From positions 13,905-77,904 of the forward strand of contig JAFDHO010000001.1 of the NCBI GenBank assembly GCA_019308745.1: DNA of 64,000 bases, given 5' to 3'. A program made the position numbers and the translations under genes. Under the pieces are notes generated by a model. It was not told where the DNA came from and did no database searches. It saw only the letters and a list, made by a program, of their open reading frames with translations. How positions within the stretch are numbered: the stretch's first letter is position 1; every line of letters starts with the position of its first letter. The DNA comes from Deltaproteobacteria bacterium (GTDB lineage Bacteria > Desulfobacterota > DSM-4660 > Desulfatiglandales > HGW-15). Positions 34,606 to 42,216 of the stretch are shown one piece after another.

Positions 34606-34764
34606 CCACGGGCAAGCGCGTGGCACCACTTAGTTTCGCCGAATTGCGTCGCGATCGGCGGGACTTGGTGGTAGGACATCCCGCTCTTAGCCGCATTCAT
34701 CCACGGCTAAAGCCGTGGCTTTCTGCGGGCGGGATAAATCAATCTCTACCTGGAGATAGAATAC
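34606..34764 (+). ncRNA. Highly structured 5' leader (candidate riboswitch, attenuator or sRNA; class not recognised)
   Basis: Three nested stem sets. First: CCACG/CGTGG (34606-34623). Second: CACCA/TGGTG (34624-34670) enclosing CGCCGA/TCGGCG (34637-34660). Third: ATCCCGC/GCGGGAT (34678-34735) enclosing CCACGGC-TAAA-GCCGTGG (34701-34718) followed by CTTTCT. In addition ATCTC/GAGAT (34742-34757) covers the GGAGA RBS. Confidence 0.45.
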
Positions 34765-34983
34765 ATGCCCTGTCGCTACCACCCTGATCGCGAAACTTAT
34801 ATTTGCTGCCAGAAAATGGACATAGGTTACTGCCGGGAATGTCTGGAGAATTGCGAGGCATGCACCGATCCGTGCACCTATTGCAAGTTCAGGCCACAGT
34901 GTATTATTTGGGAATTGTGCCGCAAGAGCCAAAAGAGATACCGCCTTGAGGAAGAAGCAAAAGGCCCTAAGACCTCGGAATAG
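34765..34983 (+). CDS. Cys-rich mini-protein with B-box-like zinc-finger spacing (72 aa)
   Basis: MPCRYHPDRETYICCQKMDIGYCRECLENCEACTDPCTYC has the spacing CxxH-x7-C(C)-x7-CxxC-x3-CxxC-x3-CxxC. GGAGA RBS 9 nt upstream. Confidence 0.55.
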   Translation: MPCRYHPDRETYICCQKMDIGYCRECLENCEACTDPCTYCKFRPQCIIWELCRKSQKRYRLEEEAKGPKTSE

Positions 34984-35061
34984 TATGAGTCCTGCGTGAC
35001 AAAACATGGTTCCATGGTGGCGAAGCTTGGTAGCCTCCTAGAAGACCCAAAAGGCCCCAAC

Positions 35062-35895
35062 ATGGATTACACCCCCCGGCAACTGAGAGAGGCCGAACAG
35101 AAGGTCAGGATTCTCCATGAGATTACGAGGTTCGTCTCCTCTCTCCTGGATGTCCAACTCGTGCTCGACGCCATTGTCGATCTCCTCGTGAGAGAATTCA
35201 GGTTGGATACCTGCTCCATCCGCCTCCTGGACCCGGACGGCAAGCTCAGAATAAAGAGCCACAGGGGCCTCAGCGAAAAGTTCGTGAGGGAGGCAACCTC
35301 TGCTCCCAACAATGAGACCTATTCTGGGGAGTGCTTTCTTACCGGTCGGATAGTCATTGTCAATGACAGTGAAGCCATGGAAAAGCATCAATTAAAGAAC
35401 CGTATCGTGCGCGAGGACATCCGGTCGTTTGCAGTATCCCCCATAAAAGTCGAAGGGGAAACCATTGGCGTCCTGGTAACCGCCAGCCGCAAGAGGGACT
35501 ACTTTCACGAGCGGTTCAATGACGTCATCTACACCATAACGAACCAGATCGGTATCGCCATCAACATGTCTCGGCTCTATGAAGAGATCTACCAATTGAA
35601 TCGAAGGCTGGAACAAAAAGTAAGGGAACGAACAGCCGAACTTGAACAAAAGACCCAACAGCTCATCCGGGCGGAGAGACTGGCCACGATCGGTGACCTT
35701 TCCCAGAGGATCGCCCACGAACTCAGGAATTCCCTCACGGTCGTAGGGGGATTCGCCCGCAGACTCTACAAAAAATCCAGGGAAGATGACCCAAACAGGG
35801 AATACCTCCTAACCATGATGGAAGAGGTCAGGGTCCTGGAAGAAAAGGTCTCAAACATCATCAAGCTCGCCAATGGCGAGGTGACGGATGGATGA
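35062..35895 (+). CDS. GAF domain plus HisKA (DHp) protein lacking a HATPase_c domain
   Basis: GAF-like core (ITRFVSSLLDVQLVLDAIVDLL...SFAVSPIKVEGETIGVLV), then a coiled coil, then the H-box ERLATIGDLSQRIAHELRNSL. The ORF ends about 60 aa later. The start is uncertain (34996, 35014 or 35062). Confidence 0.7.
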   Translation: MDYTPRQLREAEQKVRILHEITRFVSSLLDVQLVLDAIVDLLVREFRLDTCSIRLLDPDGKLRIKSHRGLSEKFVREATSAPNNETYSGECFLTGRIVIVNDSEAMEKHQLKNRIVREDIRSFAVSPIKVEGETIGVLVTASRKRDYFHERFNDVIYTITNQIGIAINMSRLYEEIYQLNRRLEQKVRERTAELEQKTQQLIRAERLATIGDLSQRIAHELRNSLTVVGGFARRLYKKSREDDPNREYLLTMMEEVRVLEEKVSNIIKLANGEVTDG

Positions 35896-35945
35896 CCCCC
35901 CTGCGCTTCACCACGCCTGATGGCTGACCAGGGAAAACCGGGACT

Positions 35946-37178
35946 TTACCAGGTAATTCCGTGTGGTACGTCTGGTAGGATGGCCTCTCCTTCGGCAGGG
36001 GGCAGGGATGCAAATTGAGGGCAGTAGTCGGGGGCATACCTGTAAGCCCTGAATACCCCCCACATGATCCTTTTCCCCGCCGACGGGGTGGGCCGCACAT
36101 ATTGCCAGACAAGCTCCTGTTCCCTGGTGATTTCCATGAACACACCGTTCTGGCCCTCGCAGAGCAGCGTGTTGCCGTTTGCCAACCGCTGCGCATTACT
36201 GATAAATGGAGAGAAGTGGTTTCTGCCGTAGACATAGGGCACGGGACCATGATCCTCTGTTTGCCACAGGATTTCGCCTGTCTTGATATCCACCTCTATG
36301 GCCCGGGACCCGTAAACATACATGCCGTTGTCATAAACCAACATGTGCCCGGCCCCGGGGAGGCCTTCCGGGATCACGTGGGCCGCGTGGGGTCCGCCCA
36401 TGGTCCTGGGATCTTTCACGTTCCCGAGCAGTACCTGCCCCTTGTCCCTGTCATAGTACGCAACGTTCCCCCATCTCCACAGGATAGAGCCTGTATCCTT
36501 CTCCACGATGAAGGCACTGTCCATATGCCTCGAGCTGCTAAGGACATTTCCGTCCGGCATGATATCGATATTGTTGATATGGGACCACTCATTCCTGGCA
36601 TGAAAGGGGCTGATCACGTCTATGTCCGGGTCAAGGTGCTCAAAGGCGTGCCACTCCCACAGGATATTCCCTTCAGGATCGATCTCCCTGAAATAGTCGG
36701 AAAAAATGGTTCCGTCGTGATGCTCCGTTCCAGGCAGCCCGCCCCGCACCCTCGGAGCCATGTCCCGTGGGATTTTTTCCCAGCCCACGTAGATGTAATT
36801 GCCGTTGGCCAGCTTGGCCATATCATGGTGGCTGCAAGGATCATCCCACTCGAAAAGGACATCCCCTTCCCAGTTGTATTCCACGATCAAACCCCCTGCT
36901 CCACCCATATGGTACCCCTCCGCCAAGGGTGAACCTTCCGACACACGCCGGAGCATGGCAAACATGTTACCATTAGGGAGCAACCTGCCATAGTGTACCG
37001 GAAACGCGGTCCTCCATGTGTGTAATATTCTTCCAGCCATATCCATGAGGTTGATCACGCCGGATTCCTCTTTGACCTCGCCATCTGATGCAAGGGGCGC
37101 CCAGATCGTGTAGCCGTTGAAGGCCCTTTCAGGATCATAATAGGTGGTACCGACAGGATGAGTCACTGGCCAAACCAC
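35946..37178 (-). CDS. Beta-propeller protein, arylsulfotransferase (ASST)-like
   Basis: 410 aa with repeated NGN/DGN turn motifs (LLPNGNMF, MPDGNVLSS, LANGNTLLCEG) as seen in ASST-type propellers. No signal peptide is obvious. The family call is tentative. Confidence 0.45.
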   Translation of the reverse strand: MVWPVTHPVGTTYYDPERAFNGYTIWAPLASDGEVKEESGVINLMDMAGRILHTWRTAFPVHYGRLLPNGNMFAMLRRVSEGSPLAEGYHMGGAGGLIVEYNWEGDVLFEWDDPCSHHDMAKLANGNYIYVGWEKIPRDMAPRVRGGLPGTEHHDGTIFSDYFREIDPEGNILWEWHAFEHLDPDIDVISPFHARNEWSHINNIDIMPDGNVLSSSRHMDSAFIVEKDTGSILWRWGNVAYYDRDKGQVLLGNVKDPRTMGGPHAAHVIPEGLPGAGHMLVYDNGMYVYGSRAIEVDIKTGEILWQTEDHGPVPYVYGRNHFSPFISNAQRLANGNTLLCEGQNGVFMEITREQELVWQYVRPTPSAGKRIMWGVFRAYRYAPDYCPQFASLPPAEGEAILPDVPHGITW

Positions 37179-37599
37179 TTGTTTCCCTCCTCGCGAGTTG
37201 TCTTAGAATCAGACGCCATTTCGTCTTCTCATTCAATTCGAAGTCTTGGAGACGTACCTGGCTGCGAAGAGAGGATATCGGAAGTCCGATGTTCATGTCA
37301 ATATGAATGTCGGTAGGACTTTACGCCAAAGAGCTTAGAACCTGGAAATCCTTCCATTCTCATGACTTTTTTTTGGATCCGTTCACCCACCGCGTACCGG
37401 AAAGCTCTTGTGTCTTGTGAAAAGGTCCCCTAAGGCAGCACTCTACACACTCTGCTCCGGAAAAGGACAGGCTCCAAGATTTCCTTTTGCATCTTCGCGC
37501 CTAGAATGGTATGGATGTGTGTCTTCAATCCTCATTTCACCGCTTACAACAGCGTGTTGAACGAGAGGCTCAGATTCTTTTCAGAGGTGGAAGGATACC

Positions 37600-39237
37600 A
37601 TGGATGAAGAAATCATAAGAACCGACGTCTTGTGTATCGGCGGAGGCATTGCCGGCCTCATGGCAGCCATCAGGGCGAGCGAACTCGGGGCAAAGGTCGT
37701 TGTTGCAGAAAAGGGTAGTGTGCTTTACAGCGGCTGCGGCAGGATGGGAAATGATCATTTTGAGACTTACATCCCTGAGGTCCACGGTGAGGATAAGGAC
37801 GCCTGGATCGAGGAATTGATCAAGACCGCAAAGGGTGAGATCCTCATTGGCAAAGACATCCTCAGGGCCCAGTTCGGCAAGGCCTTTGACGTGGTCAAGC
37901 TCTGGGACGAATGGGGCATCCCTATGAGGTACAAGGGCAGATGGGAATTCGCCGGACACTCCTTTCCGGGCCACCCCATGACCCATATCAAATATGAGGG
38001 CCGTTTCCAGAAAAAGGTGCTCGCCAAGCAGGCAAAGGATCGAGGAGCCACGCTCCTAAACCGTGTCATGGTCTTTGACCTTCTCAGGGAAGGGGATCGG
38101 GTCACCGGGGCCATAGGGATCAAGACCAGAGAAGACAAGGCCGTCCTCTTTCAGGCCAAGGCGATCATCCTGGGCACCGGCAAATGCTCCAAGCTTTATC
38201 CTCCCCTGACTCCGGGATGGATCGGGAATGACCCCCACGGAAACGTCCAGACCGGTGACGGCAGGGCCATGGCGTACCGGGTCGGCGCGGAGCTACAAAA
38301 CCTGGAGATGTCCCAGAGGCACATCGGCCCGAAGTATTTTACAAAGTTCGGCCAGGCCACCTGGGTAGGGGTTGTCCGCAACTGGGACGGCAAACCGGCA
38401 GGGACCTTCGTGGACAAACCCGACAGGAGGTACGGTGACATGATCTGCGAGGTCAACAAGCTCGCACCCGAGCAATACATGAAGGAGGGGAAAGGACCCC
38501 TTTACATGGATTGCACCGGTATCTCCCAAGAAGACTACGAATACATGATGCACTGGATGGTCCACGAAGGAAACGTATCACTCCTGGAGCACATGGAAGA
38601 AGAAGGGATGGACCTCAGGAGACACCCCATTGAGTTCGCCACCTATCCATTGAGGGGCGGAGGCCTGATCGTGGCCAATGAAAGGGCCGAGACCACCATC
38701 AAGGGGCTGTATGCGGCAGGTGACGAGGCATTCGGCGATATCTCCGCAGCAGCCACCTTCGGTTACATAGGCGGCGAGAGTGCCGCCCACTATGTCCAGG
38801 GTAAAAGGTTCAGGAATATCGAGAAGAAGAGGCCGGTCATTGATACCAGGAAGAAAATGCTTGCCGATTTGAGGGGGAGGGAGAGCGGGCCTGACTGGGA
38901 AGAGACCACCGTTGCCATGCAACAGACCATGCTGGATTATGCCGGGCACGTTCGTAATGAGACCCTGCTTAAACAGGGCCTCTTCCATCTCCGGCGCATC
39001 AAAGAAAAGGCCCATAAGGAAATGGTAGCACGCAACCCCCATGAACTTTCCCGATGCCTCGAGGTCCTGAACATGCTCGATCTCGGTGAAATCACCTTTG
39101 TTATGGCCATGGACCGAAAGGAGACAAGGGGGCTTCATGCCAGGCCGGATTATCCCTTTACCAATCCCACCCTCAACAAGAGACATATCATCTGCAAAAG
39201 GGATGGGAGAAACCTCATCTCCTGGAAACCATACTAG
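37600..39237 (+). CDS. FAD-dependent oxidoreductase of the fumarate reductase / AprA flavoprotein superfamily
   Basis: DVLCIGGGIAGLMAAIRASELGAKVVVAEKG dinucleotide-binding motif. 545 aa. LYAAGDEA FAD-contact block. Confidence 0.75.
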   Translation: MDEEIIRTDVLCIGGGIAGLMAAIRASELGAKVVVAEKGSVLYSGCGRMGNDHFETYIPEVHGEDKDAWIEELIKTAKGEILIGKDILRAQFGKAFDVVKLWDEWGIPMRYKGRWEFAGHSFPGHPMTHIKYEGRFQKKVLAKQAKDRGATLLNRVMVFDLLREGDRVTGAIGIKTREDKAVLFQAKAIILGTGKCSKLYPPLTPGWIGNDPHGNVQTGDGRAMAYRVGAELQNLEMSQRHIGPKYFTKFGQATWVGVVRNWDGKPAGTFVDKPDRRYGDMICEVNKLAPEQYMKEGKGPLYMDCTGISQEDYEYMMHWMVHEGNVSLLEHMEEEGMDLRRHPIEFATYPLRGGGLIVANERAETTIKGLYAAGDEAFGDISAAATFGYIGGESAAHYVQGKRFRNIEKKRPVIDTRKKMLADLRGRESGPDWEETTVAMQQTMLDYAGHVRNETLLKQGLFHLRRIKEKAHKEMVARNPHELSRCLEVLNMLDLGEITFVMAMDRKETRGLHARPDYPFTNPTLNKRHIICKRDGRNLISWKPY

Positions 39238-39248
39238 GGAGGGAAACC

Positions 39249-39482
39249 ATGCCACCGGTCATTGATAAAGAGAAGTGCAGCCGATGTGGTAAATGCGTCG
39301 ATATTTGCAGCGAAGACGTGTTCTACGGGTCTGAGAAAGGAGAGATCCCGTCGGTTACGTACCCGAAGGAATGCAGTCACTTTGCCGGCTGCGTCCACAT
39401 CTGCCCTGAAGGGGCCATTCGTTTGAGGATTCCCCTGCCTATGCTCCTCGCCTACAAACCGGACAAAGAAGTTGTCCCGTAA
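39249..39482 (+). CDS. Small 2-cluster ferredoxin (AprB N-domain-like)
   Basis: CSRCGKCVDICSEDV and CSHFAGCVHICPEG. Lies 11 nt after the flavoprotein gene. Confidence 0.7.
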   Translation: MPPVIDKEKCSRCGKCVDICSEDVFYGSEKGEIPSVTYPKECSHFAGCVHICPEGAIRLRIPLPMLLAYKPDKEVVP

Positions 39483-39598
39483 GCAATGAAGCTGAGGCAC
39501 ACACTCGGAAGGATTTTGAGCGGCATTTTTTCAGTGGAATAATCCCCAAAATGCGTTATTATCTGTAGCAAAAGACCTAACCAATGGGGGCATGTACA

Positions 39599-40336
39599 AT
39601 GAAAGCAGGGAGAAATATCTTAACAATCTGCTGCGCCTTTCTGCTCCTCTTTGCCTTTTCCTGCGGCACGGCCTACAAGGCCAAGCCGCTTCCATTCAAG
39701 ACCCCGGCAGCCTACCCCAACGCCACCCGAGCGGCAGGAGCCCTTATCGCCGCCAAGGCATTCGCCGACCCCTCAGAAGCCAAGGAGGCCTTCGGCTTTG
39801 ATGTCCGGGGGGCCGGGATGCTGCCCGTCCAGGTCGTCTTCGACAATCAGGGCTCTCATACCCTTGAAATCGATGCCACCCAGTCTTTCCTGGAGGACTA
39901 TGAGGGCAATCTGTGGCCTATCCTCTCCGAAGACATGGCCTATGACAGGGCCACCAAGTACGCCCAGACAAAGCAGGTTTTCAAGGAAGGGGCCTATGGA
40001 GGATTCATGGGGGCTGCGGCCGGGGCCGTGATCGGGGCTGCCGTGGGGATCGTGACCGGGGAAAACGTTGCTGAGTCCGCGGGAAAGGGGGCTGCGGCAG
40101 GTGTTGCTGCGGGTGCCACCCTTGGCGGTGTCAAGGCCTACGGCTCGGACGATGCTAGGTGGAAGATCATCGAAGACCTCCAGCAGAAGGACCTTCAAAC
40201 CAGGCCCGTTGAGCCCAGGAGCCTGGCCTATGGCTTCCTGTTTTTCCCTGGCGAAGCCAAGTCGGCCAAGAGTCTCCGAACAAGGATCAGGGAGAGGGAT
40301 ACCGGTAAGACCCACAACCTTATCCTGAATTTCTGA
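39599..40336 (+). CDS. Secreted or lipoprotein-like protein with a glycine-zipper segment
   Basis: MKAGRNILTICCAFLLLFAFSCGTAY signal with a Cys, then GAAAGAVIGAAVGIVTGENVAESAGKGAAAGVAAGATLGG. Confidence 0.5.
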   Translation: MKAGRNILTICCAFLLLFAFSCGTAYKAKPLPFKTPAAYPNATRAAGALIAAKAFADPSEAKEAFGFDVRGAGMLPVQVVFDNQGSHTLEIDATQSFLEDYEGNLWPILSEDMAYDRATKYAQTKQVFKEGAYGGFMGAAAGAVIGAAVGIVTGENVAESAGKGAAAGVAAGATLGGVKAYGSDDARWKIIEDLQQKDLQTRPVEPRSLAYGFLFFPGEAKSAKSLRTRIRERDTGKTHNLILNF

Positions 40337-40371
40337 TCCGCCTTACCTGAAAATCACGCAGAAGGCGCCCT

Positions 40372-42162
40372 TCACGCGGGTTTGCCTGTGAAATCTATCT
40401 TTATGCGTCCGGACAGGACATCATCGATGGTGACCTTGTCCTTTTTGAGATACTCGTCTCCGATATCCTTGTCGATGACCTTTTCCTGGTATAACTTTGT
40501 TGTGACGTAGGCGCGCAGTCTCCGTTTGTCTATCTTGTTTACCGGGGTAAGAGGCCACCCCGAAACTATTTCAATCCTCTCCGGCAACTGAAATACGGCC
40601 ATGCCCTTGTCCTTGAGGTAGTACACGATCTCCTGGAAATCGACCTCTTTACCCTTCACGGGCTGGACCACAGCACACATCTTTTCCCCCAGGACCATGT
40701 CCGGCATGCCAACGGCCGCACAGTAGGCCACCTTGGGGTGCGACTTGAGCTGATCCTCCACCCTTTCCGGGTAGACGTTCTCCCCTCCCCTAAGGATAGT
40801 GTCCTTCTTCCGGCCCTCCACAACGTAACACCCGTCTTCCCTGAGGGACATCAAGTCTCCCGTGTGGAAAAAACCATCCCGGTCAAAGGCCAACCTATTT
40901 TCTTCCTCTGCCTTGAAGTATCCTCTGAAATTGAGCGGCCCCCTCACGACCAGTTCCCCGACCTCTCCTCTTTTGACCTCCCTGTTCTGATCATCGACGA
41001 GTTTCACCTCCACCTCGGGATCTTCAATGATGGGTCTTCCCACGGTATACATCTGAACATCCTTGGGGCTGTCCCACCGGGTGGTAATCTGAGGGCCTTC
41101 GGCCATGCCAAAGGTGTTGACAAAGTTGACCCCGAAGGTGTCGATACACCACTCCACGACCTCGGGCCGGGATTTCTGTCCCCCTGATGCCAGGACCCTG
41201 AAGGAACTCAGGTCGTATTTCCTGGCAATGTCGAAGGCATCCTTCCAGTAGAGGACCAGGACAGGCACGATCAGGGTGTGGGTGACCTTATACTTTTCGA
41301 TCATTTGGAAGCTGTTTTCAGGCCTCGGGGAGTTACAGAGGACCATGGAACCTCCCCGATATATGACAGGGCCACAGATGTTTTCCATGGACGCATTGTG
41401 GGCAACCGGGATGGTTACCAGGCCCACGGAATCATCCGTATAGCCCGCTGTCCGTCCCACAAAGTCCCAGCCGCATATGTAATCGTTGTGTGTCCTGGGA
41501 ATGCCCTTCGGGACACCTGTCGAACCACCGGAGAGTTGTTCTATGCAAATGTCGTTGGGATCCGGCCTGAACCGGTAAAGGTAGTTCTTGGGGTAATCCT
41601 TTTCCGCGGGTTCCTGGAGCAGTTCTTCAACGGCCTTCCATCCTCTCGGCCCCTCTCCTCCGATGGTGAGAAGCACCTCGAGTTGTTCGTGCCGCGGCCT
41701 GAGTTCCTCTATCATTGCCACGTAATCAAACTTCTCTCCAACCGGCACGCAAATGCCTTTGGCTTGATGGACGCGCAGTTCGTGGTCAATTTCCATGCGG
41801 CGATGGCGGGGAAGGCACATGACCGGAATGGCCCCGATCCTGTTGAGAGCAAAGTAGAGGACAAGGAATTCGACGACGTTCGGGAGCTGCAGCACGAAAA
41901 AGTCTCCATTCCCTATCCCCATCTTCAAGAGATGAATGGCCACACGGTTGGTCTTCTCCCGGAGTTCTCTCCAGGCCAGTCCCTTGTTTTCGCCTGCCAC
42001 GGCCAGCCTGTCGGGCCGGAGATCCGCATTCCGATCCAGGCAGTCGCATACCGTGATGTTATGGAAAAACCCCTTGGCCGCGTACCTTTCTATTTCCTCC
42101 CGGGTAAAGGGATGCCAGAGGCCGTCCAGTATCTCTCTGTGGGTCTTCCTCTGTGCCGCCAT
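40372..42162 (-). CDS. AMP-forming acyl/aryl-CoA ligase (DhbE/EntE-like aryl-acid adenylating type)
   Basis: LSGGSTGVPKGIPRTHNDY AMP-binding motif. N-terminus YAAKGFFHNITVCDCLDRNADLRPDRLAV. About 50 aa of extra C-terminal tail. Confidence 0.8.
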   Translation of the reverse strand: MAAQRKTHREILDGLWHPFTREEIERYAAKGFFHNITVCDCLDRNADLRPDRLAVAGENKGLAWRELREKTNRVAIHLLKMGIGNGDFFVLQLPNVVEFLVLYFALNRIGAIPVMCLPRHRRMEIDHELRVHQAKGICVPVGEKFDYVAMIEELRPRHEQLEVLLTIGGEGPRGWKAVEELLQEPAEKDYPKNYLYRFRPDPNDICIEQLSGGSTGVPKGIPRTHNDYICGWDFVGRTAGYTDDSVGLVTIPVAHNASMENICGPVIYRGGSMVLCNSPRPENSFQMIEKYKVTHTLIVPVLVLYWKDAFDIARKYDLSSFRVLASGGQKSRPEVVEWCIDTFGVNFVNTFGMAEGPQITTRWDSPKDVQMYTVGRPIIEDPEVEVKLVDDQNREVKRGEVGELVVRGPLNFRGYFKAEEENRLAFDRDGFFHTGDLMSLREDGCYVVEGRKKDTILRGGENVYPERVEDQLKSHPKVAYCAAVGMPDMVLGEKMCAVVQPVKGKEVDFQEIVYYLKDKGMAVFQLPERIEIVSGWPLTPVNKIDKRRLRAYVTTKLYQEKVIDKDIGDEYLKKDKVTIDDVLSGRIKIDFTGKPA

Positions 42163-42178
42163 CTCTTCTCCCTCCTTA

Positions 42179-42216
42179 TATGGACCGAGCCGACCGTGTC
42201 GGCGGAAACTCTTCCC
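42179..42216 (-). promoter_or_regulatory. Conserved leader motif A with a GCCGAC-CGT-GTCGGC hairpin, just upstream of the ligase RBS
   Basis: TATGGACCGAGCCGACCGTGTCGGCGGAAACTCTTCCC has a second copy at 46524-46557 with a compensatory stem change. Confidence 0.45.

Noticed and set aside
34265-34633. A 122-aa ORF in the otherwise empty 34100-34760 region.
   Set aside because: It has no RBS and no recognisable domain, and its composition is unlike neighbouring genes. It also overlaps the strong promoter and structured leader, which explain the region better.
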